Source of the DNA: Felis catus
Lineage: Eukaryota
Direction of reading: 5' to 3'
Assembly: GCF_018350175.1 (NCBI RefSeq)
Contig: NC_058368.1
Coordinates: forward strand, 95,482,001-95,546,000
DNA: 64,000 bases
Part shown: positions 37,861-51,417 of the stretch, piece by piece
How positions within the stretch are numbered: position 1 is the first letter of the stretch
Layout: each line of letters begins with the position of its first letter
Program-made: the position numbers and the translations under genes
The notes under the pieces: model-generated
Database searches by the model: none
What the model saw: the letters and a program-made list of their open reading frames with translations, nothing else
What the model was told of the DNA's origin: nothing

Positions 37861-38309
37861 GAAATGAGAAAACATGTAAAGACAAAGGCAGGTTAAATTG
37901 ATGTCCTTATATTTAATTATGTAGCCCACGATTTTAGATACTTCAGTTAGATTACATACACCCTAGGCTACGTCAATCAATAACAACAGCAAAAGCAACC
38001 ATCGAAGATTGCTCACAGAAAGATGGATGAAATACAGCATAATAAAACATTTAAAACAAGGAAAATGAAGGAAAAGTGATCATATGTTATGAAAATAGAA
38101 GCCGGAGAGAGGAGAGCGCACAAAATAAAAGCAGTACAATAAGTGCATTTGTTAAAAATGGGCCACATTAGCAACTAATATCGAGGAAGAAAATAACTTA
38201 CGAGATTCAGAGAGTCCATAAAGTATAAAAATAGAGCAACATTTGGAAAAAGTTGACTGCTACGGGTACTGAGAACAGAAAGAAATTCCTCTAAGGGACC
38301 TCACGAATA

Positions 38310-38525
38310 ATAATAGTATTAATCGCCAACATTTAATCAATCCAGCACTTGGCTTCCATTACCCCATTTCATCATCATAGGAAATTGGGAGTTAGCCTAA
38401 ACTGGAATATGGGAAAGTTGAGGTGAAGAAGAGTTAAGTTAAACAGCTTAACATTGCACTGCTTGTGAGTAGCGGACCTGGGATTCCACACCAGGTCTAT
38501 TCTGGGTCGCCAGCCCACGCTTTTG
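38310..38525 (-). mobile_element. MIR
   Basis: ggaaagttgagg...gagttaagt...ctgggattccacaccaggtct. Confidence 0.6.
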
Positions 38526-39611
38526 ATGACCAAGTCACATGCATTCTTGCTAACTTCCGTGTTGTATACGGTGGAATACATTGAAAAGGAAACCTTGTGC
38601 TTTCTCACAGCTCCCTTTAGTAGGGTACGATGAAATCAGTTGAGGCAGAATTGTGCTAAAACAATCCCAGTGGCCGCCAGCGTGGCAGGAGTGAAAAATG
38701 GATTGCTTGTGCTGAACTCGTGTTGCACCAGTGCCTCAGGATGGAGCTTCACAGGTGGCCGGCCATTCTCTTTCAATGTGAATGGATGATAGTGATGAGG
38801 AGAGGGGCATCTAGTGTGTACCTACATGGATGGCAGAAATCGAGGGCGTCAGCTGTCGCTATTTGTCCCAAACTCCTTGAGCCTGCTTTAAGTGATGCTA
38901 CCCCCTTGCCATGTGCTTTGGCATCCAGTTGGAGAACAGGCGATCACTGACTGCATAATGAGAACTCCATGGAATTGTCAGAGGTGTTGGTGCTGCCGAA
39001 CACAGCCCAGTTGTGGCCACCCAAATATAGGGAGAGGTGAGGGAGGACTAGGACCGGGCAGGGATTTCTGGCAAGTACAGAGAGATGAGTACCTAAATAT
39101 TTTTCTTCCCACAAAACAAATACTTGTCTTTGTCATTGACGTGTCCTTCTAACTAGCAGGATGGTGACTCTCACATACTGCAAATGAGAACTTCATTAAA
39201 AACAAAAACTTGTTGTGGAAAAGTGTGATTGCATTTGAAATTCAGCATTACTTTGGATAATGGAAGAAAAACAAGAGCTGTTAGCTTTTTGAACTGAAAA
39301 CGTCAACTGTTGTAAATTTCTTGAAGGATATGAAAAAGTCTTACACTTTTTTTTTTTTGCTTGCTGTTAACAGCTTTATTGAGATGTAATTGACATCATC
39401 AACTGCATATATTTAAAGTGTGTATAATTTGATAAGTTTGACATATGCCCTGTGAAACCATCCTGGAGTTAAGTGTGAACATATGGATCACACCCAGAAG
39501 TTTCTTCCTGTCCCCTTGGAATCCTTCCTTCCTGCTCCTCAATCCTCCTATCTCCCCTGGCTACCACTAATCTGCTTTCTGTCCTGTAAGTTCAGTTTGC
39601 ATTTTCTAGAG

Positions 39612-39816
39612 CAGGTGTTGTTGAACTACATGGTCTCGGAATCAACCGCCTGTTTTGGTAAATAAATTGTATTGTTACACAGCCATGCTTATTCATTTAT
39701 GCATTGTCCAGGACTGCTTTGGCTCGATAATATCAGAGCTGAGTAGTTGCAACAGAAAACCCCATGATGTGCAAATATTCACCATGAGGGTCTTTACAGA
39801 AAAAGTTGAACCCCTA
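39612..39816. mobile_element. MER58A-like hAT-Charlie MITE
   Basis: cacagccatgcttattcattt...gagtagttgcaacaga...tttacagaaaaagtt; 8-bp TSD ttctagag/gtctagag. Confidence 0.85.
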
Positions 39817-40361
39817 GTCTAGAGTTCTTGATGAATAGAATCTTAGGATATGTCCATTTGTTGGTCTGGCTTCTTTGATTAGCCTACTTAGTTTGAGATT
39901 CGTGCGTGTTGTAGCATATATAATATATATTTTTTTGTATTACTGTGTAATCCATTTTAGGGATGTACCAAGACATTTATTCATCTATATATTTATGCAT
40001 ATTTGAGTTATTTCCAGTTTGGGGCTATTATAGATAAAGCTGCAGGGACCTTCCATATATAAGACATTGTGTGGTCATACGCTTTGTTTTCGGATAAAAA
40101 CATAGGAGAGGAATGATTGGATCCTATAATACATACACGTTTAACTTAGTAAGAAACTGTTAAATGTTTTCCAAGTGGTGGTGCCATTTTTCTATTTCCA
40201 CCAGCAGTGTATAAGACTTTGTCCCTCGCATTCTCACCACACTCGCTATGATCAGTTTTTAAAATTTCCACGGTTCCACACATGACCATATGTAGCAGTA
40301 TCTCATAGTTTTAATTTGCATTTTGTTAATTACTAATGATCAAATTTCTTGTGCATTTTTG

Positions 40362-40363
<2 letters not shown>

Positions 40364-40399
<36 letters not shown>
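40364..40399. repeat. (GT)n microsatellite
   Basis: Seen directly. Confidence 0.95.
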
Positions 40400-40400
<1 letters not shown>

Positions 40401-40425
40401 AAGTGTCTACTGAAATATTTTGCTT

Positions 40426-40625
40426 GGGGCGCCTGGGTGGCTCAGTCGGTTAAGCTTCTGACTTTGGCTCAGGTCGTGATCTCTTGGTTCATGAGTTCAA
40501 GCCCCACATCAGGCTCTGTGCTGACAGCTCGGAGCCTGGAGCCTACTTCAGATTCTGTGTCTCCCTTTCGGTCTGCCCCTCGGTTTGATGCTCTCTCTCA
40601 AAAATAAATAAACATTAGAAAAATT
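40426..40625 (+). mobile_element. Can-SINE
   Basis: TSD gaaat(a/g)ttttgct. Confidence 0.95.
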
Positions 40626-41230
40626 GAAATGTTTTGCTCACTTGATTGGCTTGTCAGCTTTACTTTTGTTGTTAACTTTCTTATTATTGGGCTTGAGGGT
40701 TCTTTCTGTGCTCTGGATACAAGTCCTTTACCAAATAAATACTTTGCAAATACCCTCTTTCTGCCTATAGCTTATCTTTTTTTTTCTCTTAAAAGTATCT
40801 TTTGAAGGCAGGAGTTTCTGAAGTTGGTAAATTCAATTTATCAATTTACTCTTGATGGATCATAGCTCTGAAGTTATATTTAAGAAATCTTTACCTAGCT
40901 CAAGGTCGCAGAGTTACTCTCTTATTCTTTCTTAAAGCAGTTACATAATTTTAGAGTTTACATTTAGATCTGTGACTCATTTTGAGTAAATTTTTGCATA
41001 TAGTGAGAAGTGGGGATAGTATTTTTGGTCTTTCTTTTCTTTTTCCTTTTTTTCTGCATACAGATATTCAATTGCTCCTGTAACATTGGTTGAAAACATA
41101 ATCTTCTGGAAGATCTTTATCATCTTTAAAAAAAAAAAATCAGTGGTCTATGTGTGTGGGAGCATTTCTGACCCTCTCTTCTCCACTTACCTATTTTTTT
41201 CACAGATGCCTTGATGACTCTAGGTTTTTA

Positions 41231-41436
41231 CATTTTTTTAAATATATATTTTTAAGTTTATTTATTTTGAGTGTGGGAGGAAAGGGCAGAGAAAGAGGGA
41301 GAGACAAAGGGTCCCAAGAGGCTTCTCACTGCCTGAGCAGAGCCCATCACGGGACTTGAACTCACGAACTGTGACATCATGACCTGAGCAGAAATCAAGA
41401 GTCAAGGCACTTAACCCACTGACCTACCCAGGTGCC
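41231..41436 (-). mobile_element. Can-SINE (older of a tandem pair)
   Basis: Flanked by ctctag(g/a)ttttt. Confidence 0.92.
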
Positions 41437-41447
41437 TCTAGATTTTT

Positions 41448-41655
41448 TTTTTATCGTTTATTTATTTTTGAGACAGAGAGAGACAGAGCATGAATGGGGA
41501 AGGGTCACAGAGAGAGGGAGACACAGAATCTGAAACAGGCTCCAGGCTCTGAGCTGTCAGCACAGAGCCCGATGCGGGGCTTGAACTCATGGACAGAGAG
41601 ATCATGACCTGAGTTGAAGTCGGACGCTCAACCAACTGAGCCACCCGGGGGCCCC
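41448..41655 (-). mobile_element. Can-SINE (younger of a tandem pair)
   Basis: TSD gcctctagattttt at 41434 and 41656. Confidence 0.95.
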
Positions 41656-42360
41656 GCCTCTAGATTTTTAAATCTTAAAACAAAGAAGCACTGACCCTCT
41701 GGCTTCGTACATTTTGAAAATCGTTTTGAGTATTCAGTGTCATTTGTATTTCCATCTGAATGTTAAAATTAGCTTGTCTGTTTTTAGATTTAAAAAAAAA
41801 AAACCTGATCCATTTTGTTGGGCTTTCACGGACTCTATAGATCAAAATGTTGAGAAGAGAAATTTTAACAACATTGACTCTTTAGACCTATGACTCCATC
41901 TATTTAGATCTGACTTAATTTCCCTCACCAGTGTTTCATAATTTTCCATATACTTTCCATTTTACATTTTAAAATCAGATTTATTCTTAAGTATTTCATC
42001 ATTTCTGATGCTATATTATATTTTATAATTTTAATCTCTGTTGTTAATATATAGAAATACCATTCATTTTTGTCTGTGGATCTTGAATCTACCATGAACT
42101 TAGTGGTGCTAGGAGCTTTTTGTAGATTCCAACAGACTTGCTAGGTAGAGGTCGATATGATCTGTGAATGAAGATGGTTTAATTTTTAAGTCTCTGTTCT
42201 GGATATATTTTATGTATCTGTCTCACCTGACTGCACTTGCTGGAACTTGGAGTACAGTGTTGAATGGCAGTAGTAAGACCACACATCCTTGCCCTTGTCC
42301 CGATCTTGGGAGGAAATAATTTAGCTTTTCACCATTATGTGTTAAATTAGCTATAGATTT

Positions 42361-42543
42361 TGTTTCCCTCCCTTCCTCTCTCTCTTTCTTCCTTTCCTTT
42401 CCTCCCTTCCTCTTTTTCTCTTACTTTCTTTCCTTTTCTTTCTTTCTTTCTCTTTCAGTTTTTTTTTCTTTCGTCTCTCTCTCTGTATTTTCCTTTCTTT
42501 CTTCTCTTTCTTTTTTTCTTTCTGTCTTGCTCTTTTTTCTTTC
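42361..42543. repeat. Polypyrimidine low-complexity tract
   Basis: About 180 nt almost entirely C/T. Confidence 0.92.
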
Positions 42544-42642
42544 ATGCCATTTACAGGTTTTGAGGAAATGCTTCTCTACTCCTAGCTTGTTCAGTTTTCA
42601 TCACAAATGAGTGTTGCTTTTTCTACTACTTTAATACGTTGA

Positions 42643-42850
42643 GGGTTGCCTTGGGTGGATCAGTCGGTTAAGCATCTGACCGGCTCAGGTCATGATTGCA
42701 TGGTTTGTGGGTTTGAGCCCCGTGTCGGGCTCTGTGCTGACAGCTCAGAGCCTGGAGCCTGCTTCAGATTCTGTGTCTCCCTCTCCCGCTCGTGATCTGT
42801 CTCTCTCTCTCCAAAGATAAATAAATGTTAAAAAATAAAAATAAAAAAAA
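42643..42850 (+). mobile_element. Can-SINE
   Basis: TSD aatac(g/a)ttgag. Confidence 0.94.
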
Positions 42851-43263
42851 TACATTGAGATGCATTGATTTTTTTTTAAAGTTAAACCAAATGCATTCTT
42901 GGGGTAAACCTCAGTTTGTCATGATGTTTTATGTTTTTTATAGACAGATTTGAGTTACTAGAGTGTTGCTCAGAATTTCTGCATCTGGGTACATGAGATC
43001 TCTTGGTCTGTGATATTCTTTTCTTGGAATGTCTTGATCCGCTATTGATAGGAGGTTAATGCTGGCTGCACAGAATGAGTTGAGGTGGGTGCCCTCCTGG
43101 TCAATTTGCTGAAACAAAATAAATTGATATTATTTTTTTCTGAAATATTTGATTGTATTGCCAGTGAAGTTCTCTGGGTCTACATTTCTCTTGGTGCCAA
43201 TGTTGTTACTATGTATCCATTTATTTTATTAGATACAAGTCTATGTAAGGTTATCATTTATTC

Positions 43264-43468
43264 TTTTTAATGTTTATTTATTTTTGACAGAGAGAGACAG
43301 CATGAGCGGGGGAGGGGCAGAGAGAGAGGGAGACACAGAATCCGAAGCAGGCTCCAGGCTCTGAGCTGTCAGCACAGAGCCCAATGCGAGGCTCGAACCC
43401 ACAAACTGCTAGATCATGACCTGAGCCAAAGTTGGTCACTCAACCGACTGAGCTACCCAGGTGACCCC
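43264..43468 (-). mobile_element. Can-SINE
   Basis: Full SINE body. Confidence 0.94.
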
Positions 43469-45199
43469 TATTTCTTCTTGAGTGAGCTGTTGTAGTTGGC
43501 ATCTTTCCAGAATTTTGTTGACTGATTGAAGTGTTCAAACTGATTGACATAAAGTTGTTAATAATATTCATTGACTATCCTTTCATTATTTGTATGATGT
43601 GTGCTGAAATTCTCTTTCCTGACAGAAGTCTACATCCTCTGTCTTTTTCCACCTGGTCAGTGTGGCTAGAGTTTTATCTACTCTATTTATCTATTCTCAA
43701 TAAAATTTGATAAACAAAAGCTTATGGTTGCTTTCCTCTTTCCTCTTGTGTTGATTCCTACTGTAACTTGTATTATTTTCTTTGTTCTTCTTGCTTTGGG
43801 TCTAATTTCCTCTTTTCTGGTGACTTAACGTGGAGACCAAGGTCATAACTGTGAGATCTTTCCTCTTTTCTAGTGCAGGCTTGTGTCATCATGTCCCCCA
43901 CTAAGTATTTTTTTTAGCGGCGTCCCACAAATTGATCCATGTTGCGCTTTGACTTGTACTCAGAACAAAACATTTTCTATGTCGCTTTTTGATTTCAACC
44001 CATTGAATTTGGGGGAGTGTTACTTTACAAATATTTAGGGATTCCCCGAGATAATCATGCTGTGAACTTCTATTCTAATTCCACTGTGCATAAAGAACGT
44101 AACTTAAATTCTTTGACATTTATTGAAATTTGCTTTTCAGTTTAGATTATGGTCTGTCTTAGTAATTGTTTCTGTATGCACTTGAAAACAACATATAAAA
44201 AAAAAATCTATCGTGCTCTTTTTGTGTAGAGTGTTTTGTGAGTGTCACTTGGGTCAAATTAATGGGTAGGAGTTTGCTACTGATTTTCTGTCCACTTTTT
44301 CTGTCCATTATTGGGAGGATGATCAAAACCTCTGACTATAAATGTTGAATCAGTATATTTCTCCTGGCGAGTCTTTCAATTTTTACTTGATTAATTCTGG
44401 GGATTTTGGAGATCTAAGTGCTTAAACGTTCAGGATTACTCTGTCTCCTTGATGAACTGACCCTTCGTCATTTATAAAGTGACTTTTTTTGTCTCTGATA
44501 ATATTCTTAACTCTTGGTTGTACTTCAGTAATAATGTAGTCACCCCCACTTTCTTTTTATTGGTATTAATACAGTGGACATTTTTCCATCCGTTGACTTT
44601 TTAACCTGATTTAATCTATCTTGACATTGTAAGTGCTTGGTCTTGTAGACAGCATATAGTGGCCTTCTTTTTTCTATTCAGTCTTACAATCTGACTTTTA
44701 ATTGGGATGTTTAGGTCATTTACACTTAATTTGATTACCCATAAGCTAAGATTTCATGTCACTTTCCTGATACTGGTTTTCCATTCGTCCCGTCCATTCT
44801 TTGTTAATTCTTTTTGTGTTGTATTCTGGATTGTTCAAATATATTTTATATCCCTATATCCCTTTGGGGGTTATTAGCTATACATACTTGGCCCTTTTAG
44901 TTATGGGCCTTGGTGATATATAGTCTACATCTTGGTCTCATGTTACCTTTAAGCAATATTACCTCACTGCAGGTACTGTAGAAGAATCTTACCATAACAA
45001 GTTGGATTTCCATCATGACCTTTATGTTTAAACAGTTAACTTTTGAAAACAAAAGAAATGATCTTCTATATGTACCCGTGTGGTTACAATTTCTTGTACT
45101 CTTCTCTTGTTTGTTTACATTGACAGTCAAGCTGCTTTCATTTTTTATCCCATTTATATTATGTGATGCAAGTGATGATACCTCTCAAGTTTTCAGAGA

Positions 45200-45268
45200 C
45201 TTTTTAATTTTTAATTTAAAGTTGATATATTTTGTGAGAGATGTTGATAGCGTGAGTGGGAGAGGGGC

Positions 45269-45317
<49 letters not shown>

Positions 45318-45441
45318 CAAGCAGGTTCCATGCTGGCAGTGCAGAGCCCCATGCGGGGCTTGATCTCATGAACTGAGAGATCATGACCTGAGCTGAAATC
45401 AAGAGTCAAACACTTAACAGACTGAGCCACCCAGGTGCCCC
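45200..45441 (-). mobile_element. Can-SINE with expanded (GA)n
   Basis: SINE body, (GA)n at about 45273-45313. Confidence 0.94.
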
Positions 45442-45691
45442 TCTGTGAGAGAATGTTTTTCATTTGTCTTAATGAAAGTCATCTTAGCTGAATATAGAAT
45501 TCTCTGTGGACAGGTTTTTTTTTTTTTTTTTTTTTCCAACCCTTTTGGTACTGGAAAATGTTATTCTACTGTGTTTTATACTTGAATTATTTCTAATAAG
45601 GTATCCATCATCATGCTGATTTTTGTTCCTCTCTAGTAAATATCTTCTGTCTGGCTGCTTTTGAAACTCTCATTAAAGCTGGTTGTGAGCA

Positions 45692-45830
45692 GATCGCCTG
45701 GGTGGTTCTGTTGGTTAAGCATCCAACCCTTGGTCTCGGCTCAGGTCATGATCTCACAGTTGGTGAATTTGAGCCCAGCGTCAGGCTCTGTGTTGATAGC
45801 ATAGAGCCTGCTTGTGATTCTTTCTCTACT

Positions 45831-45867
<37 letters not shown>

Positions 45868-45892
45868 ATAAATGAATATATTAAAAAGAAAA
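45692..45892 (+). mobile_element. Can-SINE with (CT)n
   Basis: TSD tgg(t/c)tgtgagca. Confidence 0.93.
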
Positions 45893-46241
45893 TGGCTGTG
45901 AGCAATTTGATTGTATTTTTCTTGGTGTATCTGTCTTCGTGATTTAAGTGCTTGGAGCTAGTTGAACTTACTACACTTAGGGGTTTAGAGTTGTCAAATT
46001 TTGAAAAAAAAATCTCATTAAATATTTTTTCTGTCTACCATCTGTCTGTTGTCTTTCAGAGACTCCAATTACATGTATATTGGATTACTTAAAATCTCTC
46101 CCTATCTCACTGATGGTCTTTGCATTTTTTAAGTTGATTTTTTTCTCTTCGTGTTTTGTTTTGAACAGATTCCATTGCTGTATGTAAGAGTTGACTAATC
46201 TTTGCTTTGGTAATGCTTAATCTGCCACTAATCCCATCTAC

Positions 46242-46472
46242 TTTATTTTTCTTAAAACAATTTTTAATGTTTATTTATTTTTGAGAGAGAGAGAGACAGA
46301 CAGAGCATGAGCAGGGGAAGGGCAGAGAGAGAGGGAGACACAGAATTTGAACTAGGCTCCAGGTCTGAACTGTCAGGACAGAGCCTGATGCGAGGCTCGA
46401 ACTCAAGAGCGGTGAGATCATGACCTGAACCAAAGTCAAATGCTTGGCTGACTTAGCCACCCAGGTGGCCCC
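46242..46472 (-). mobile_element. Can-SINE
   Basis: TSD ccatctact. Confidence 0.93.
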
Positions 46473-48486
46473 CCCACCCACCCACCATCTACTGTATTTT
46501 TTGTCTTAGAGTAGTTTTTTTTTTTTTTTTTTTATCATTGGTGGCTTGATTTGAGGGTTTTTTATGTATTCCACATCTGTGCTTAACTTTTAAAAATACA
46601 TGGAATACAATGAAAACCATTCTAATATTCTTGCCAACAAGTCCTGACATATGTGGCAGTACTCGGTGTGATTTTATTAATTATTGTCCTCCTTTTGATG
46701 TGTTCTCTGCATGCCTGGTAATCTTTCATTGGATGCCCAAACTTATAAGTTTTAATTTTGGAATGCTATTTTTATATTCCTATAAATATCATTGTGCTTT
46801 TCTTCTGGGAAGTTGTTTGATGCTCTTGAGTCATGGTTTTAGGATTCCCTACGTGGGTCCAGAACAGTGGCTCAGCTTAAGGCTGACTGTTGCCTCTTAG
46901 TGGGCCAAGATCTTCATGATTCTACCCAATGGACCATGAGCTCTTAGTTTTCTTTTATTCTTTGACGTGGCTTTCTACCTGGCTTTGGGTGTTTTTTCCT
47001 CATGTGCACTCATTGATCAGTGCTTTGCTAAATACTTGTGTGGGACTTGTGCACGTCTCCAATTAATATTAGTGAGAGTCACAAGCTACTCGGTGCAGTT
47101 CTTTTCTCGCCGGCACCCTATGAACTCCAGCTGCCATGAGAGCCCCGAGTTCTTATGTCCTTCCCATTAACTCATGTGATCCTCTGGGTTCTGCTTCATT
47201 CTCCTGCTATATACCCCTTGCTGTAAGTGTTTCACACCTGCAGGCTTGGGCCAAGTATAGGACTTGCCTCATTTATTTTGCCTTTCAGAGCCCACCGTCT
47301 TTGGTTGTTGGATGTCCAGTGTCTAGGATATCATTCGTTCATATATTTTGTGTGGAATTGCGTGTATGAAGTGACAATGTAGATCTGGTCCCTGTTACTT
47401 GATCTTGAGCTGACTTTACACTTCTTGGTACCTGTGCCGAAACAATTTTCTCCCTCACGGTGGCTGTGGAGATTTTGAATACCTCATTCTGGAAAAGCCT
47501 TCCTTGAGAAATACATCTAGCCATTTTAAGAATTAAACTTGATATTGAAAGGTTAAGTTCACAAAAGCAAGCAAGATCTTTTTATTAAATGTTTCTGAAA
47601 GGATTTTATTTGGATGTTTTGTGTATATTTGATGATAATTTTCTTCTCTAAAGCTTTGCATTTCACAGTTATAATTACATAACAAGAAAATGTAATGAAT
47701 TTTAAAATCCCTCCTCACTTAGTTTTCCTCAGACCCATCCAGTTTTCCCCGGTGTGTTATGCAAATACCATAATTTTTTTTTTTTTTTTTTTGTACCATA
47801 GCATAAGAAATGCTGGGAAATGCTGACTTATACAATCTGCTTGTCTGAAAAATGTTGACCGAAATCCAATTTTACATGGAATTTTGGGACACTTTCGACC
47901 TGAAAACTGTTGGTGGAACAGTTCTCAGTGAAGGATTGCTGTTTACGTGAGTGGAAAAGAGGTGGACCGTCCCTTGACAAGTGTTGTTTCTTTAAGCTGA
48001 GCGCTTGAAAGGCGTTTCTTAAAAATGAATTAAAAATAAAAAGAACTGCATCTTGAAGCAAGGGCTGGGTTCTGTAGTCAAGGTCTGTAGCCAAAATTAT
48101 GTTCTGTTAGATTTACTTTTGAAATTCTCTTAAATCTTTGGTCAAGTGAAATATGCATGTTTGTATATTGAATCCTAGGCTGTAATTCTTCAACATGCTG
48201 AAATTTGAGAGCCATTGAGTCTAAAAGGAACACAGAGAATATCTAGGTATAGATGTTTGGGCTTCCAAAAATATCCCCAGTCTAAGATTTTCATTTCCTA
48301 TTTTAAATAGGGGAAAGGTAGAAATGCCTTTTGGAGACCTGGAGGTAGAGAGCAAACACCTATAGCCGGAACACATGTAAATAGATTACTTTATTCTTGT
48401 GAGGATTAAAGGAAATAGTGGAGTCTTAACTTATGAGGATTGGTATATAATGAAAATGGTTTATGATTTAAAGCCAGAGTAAATTA

Positions 48487-48666
48487 GGGGCACCTGGGTG
48501 GCTCTGTTGGTTAAGCATCCGACTCTTGGTCTGAGCTCAGATCATGATCTCATGGTTCGTGTGTTCATGCCCTGCATTGGGGTGACACTATGGAGCCTGC
48601 GTATGATTCTTTCTTGCCCTCTCTCTCTGCCCCTCCCTTGTCTCTCTCTCTCTCAAAAAAGAAAAA
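48487..48666 (+). mobile_element. Can-SINE
   Basis: TSD gagtaaat. Confidence 0.92.
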
Positions 48667-49149
48667 TGCTCGAGTAAATAAAAAGCCCCTTTAAGAAGAT
48701 ACATATTTTTTTGGACTGCAGACCCCTAACTTTGAAATAAAGCATAATCTCATAAATTTCAAGAGTCCCTAAATAGAAGTTTTTCATCTTTTAGGCTATG
48801 ATGAAGTCCAGGTGAAAAGTAAAAGGTAATTAAATAGTTCATATTGGTGAGAGCCACGAACTTCTCTGAGCAGAGAACTGAACATGCACCCCAAGATGCT
48901 AATACCTCTTAACGTTTGGAAACCCATGATATAGAGAAAAAAAAAAGGATTTCAGAATAGCAGTTGGGAAAATAAGAGTCTCCCTAGGTGTGAGAAGACT
49001 AAGAATTGAGTAGGCATGGTTCCCTGGGGTATTCTTTCACGAGGATGCCTCTTAGAATTATGGGGTGTTGAAGAGTTAGGTACAAATAATTTTGAAAAGG
49101 GCACCAAGCCCCCAAAAGACGAAGTAGATAATACCTTGTTTGGGGATCT

Positions 49150-49420
49150 ATACCTAAATGACAAAATATATATACACAAAATTGGGCAAGGGGTGATCAA
49201 CTAAAAACATATTTGAGTAGACAGTGGGTCATGTCTAGGCTGAAGTAGGGTAATGGGATGGGGACAGAACTCCTAGGTAGTTGGAGTGGTAATATGACCA
49301 CGGTCTTCTATTTCTGACTCGGGTGAGATGTTCACAGGGATTCGTTTTTGTGACTATGCTTTACAACTGAGATATTTGTCACATCTATGCTGCTGAAATA
49401 TTAAGTATTAAATAATGCGA
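49150..49420 (+). mobile_element. Old L1 3' fragment
   Basis: ctatttctgactcgggtgagatgttcacagggattcgttt resembles L1MC/ME 3'UTR. Confidence 0.5.
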
Positions 49421-50354
49421 TGCCCTTAGAAACTGAAAAACCAAAAAATCATAGTATTAATCTTCCAGCGTTAATAAAGAATTTCGTATATTGGAGGTTT
49501 TAAGTAGATATAAATATGTAAGAGAATATGGTATACCCTGGCAGCCTTACATCTCTATAGAAAATGGGCGAGTGATGGATTCAGTCTTACAAATTTAAGA
49601 ATTGTACCAAGTGCATAAACAGTGTGGGGATATTAATACTAGATTCACCATATTTATAAACTTAATTATGTTGAGGAGTTGCACTTTGGCAATTTGTATG
49701 GTCAGAGATAAGAACTTGAAGAAGGAAGCGAAAGTCACACTTTAACGAATGGTTGTTAAACATGTTAAAATGTTTTTAGCCAATTTTAGCCAGTTTTAGC
49801 TGTAATTGAGAAAGAATTGCTAAAGTCTGGTATATTATAAGTAGAGGGTATGATGGGTCGCCTGAAATCACAAGCTAAAGAAAGAATGAGAAGTTTTAAT
49901 TAACGAATTTAATAAAAATAACAATACGTGTTAAACCAAAACTAAATTTCCAGTTTTCCTTGTGAATAAAGAAAACTCCTTTTTATAACACATAGCTAAA
50001 GTATACTTAAACAGGTTCACTCAGTTAAGGCACAGCCATGAATCTGCATTGAATTTACGGAAGGTTTGGTGTCCTTTTATGAAAATTGGCGACTCTTAAA
50101 TGGATAGGTGCCTGGATAGAAGGCCCCAGTATTTGTGCTGGCAAAGGAGGTCACTAGTCTGTAGCAGGCATAGTCAAACCTTGTTAAAAAAGGGAGTTTA
50201 CATTTGCTGTCAGGCGGAGAGAGATGCTAATGACGGGCTCCAATTTTAGAATGCAAAGGAAGATTCCAACTATTTTGTTCTGGGGAAAAATATTTCCGAC
50301 TAGCGGTAACAAGAAACCCATCTCCACTCTTTAAAGAATAAAAATGAAGAAAAA

Positions 50355-50546
50355 TATTTAAGTTCATTTATTTTGAGACAGAGCCAGAGTGCACGAAATG
50401 GGGAGGGGCAGAGAGGGGGAGGGGAAGAATCCCAAGCAGGCTCTGTGCTGTCAGGTGCTGTGAGCAGGGAGCCCCCTGATGTGGGGCTCGATCTCTCCAA
50501 CTGTGAGATTTGGTGGCTTACCCAACTGAGCCACCCAGATGCCTCC
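50355..50546 (-). mobile_element. Can-SINE with small internal duplication and deletion
   Basis: gtgctgtcaggtgctgtg duplication; shortened head region. Confidence 0.9.
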
Positions 50547-51417
50547 TAAATGAACTTATTAATTAAAGCCCACCCTCAAGGTCTAGTAATCGATTAATGA
50601 GATGAACAAGTTACCATAGTCAGATTATTAGCTTTTACAATTAAAGTTGAGTCACGGCTTTCACAATTGCTGACACTCATTGGTCATTTTCCCGTCTCCT
50701 TGATGTCAAGTAGTTCGAAGTGGAAGGGAAGTAGCAATACCTACTTGATTTGTTGTCATTTTCTTGAGTTTTTACTCAAGAGTCAAGATACTGTAGGGTG
50801 GTGTACTGGGAAATCGTCTTTCTTTAATATTGTCCATGAAGCACATACCTTGCTTACAGTCATGGAATCTTGAATCCGGCCCTGCCCTGGCATGGGAGAG
50901 AAGAGAACAGAGTGGATGCAGAAACGTGTCAAAATGAAATGCCACCGTTAAATCTCACCTTGAAAATCGAGATTGCTTATAAATCATATTGTCTTTATGG
51001 GTCTCCTTTGAGATTGGGGACCATATTCTACCGTAAAGGGAAAATGAATCCAAGACAAATTGTGGGAGGTCAATGAACATGGAGGCTTCCGGCAAATAAG
51101 AGCCCAGAATGAAAAGGATGTGGACCCTGGAGCCTACTTTGAAGATGAATGAAGAGTGGTTTCCTCTTTGGGAAGGAGCTGAGATCACTCTGTGAATGCA
51201 GAGATTTTTACTTTCTCATTGAAACGAGACAGAATGCAAACACAGTTTTAAGCATGGAGGAGATTGGAGTATTTTTTTTTTTTAAGAGCAAGGTGTTAGG
51301 CTTCTTGGGAGAGAGAAAATAATGTGATGGGTCAGGATATAGTGTGTGTATATGAGTATGTGTGTGAAAGAGATGAACAAGAGAAAGATATGTAAAGAGA
51401 GTGAGGGAATACTATCC

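Larger units (their letters stand above)
39362..47415 (-). mobile_element. Near full-length ancient L1MB-like element with nested insertions
   Basis: 3' end aacagctttattgagatgtaattgac, colinear decayed ORF2 and ORF1, and 5'-end-like gtagatctggtccctgttact at about 47380. Confidence 0.75.

Noticed and set aside
38670..38690. CTCF-like motif tggccgccagcgtggcagg
   Set aside because: One extra base between AG and GGC breaks the core spacing
42351..42563. K/R/E-rich and F/S/L-rich ORFs
   Set aside because: Low-complexity artefacts of the polypyrimidine tract
48795..48875. C/D-box snoRNA-like spacing (atgatga...ctga about 70 nt apart)
   Set aside because: Terminal stem only about 2 bp, no convincing C'/D' boxes, no recognisable rRNA guide
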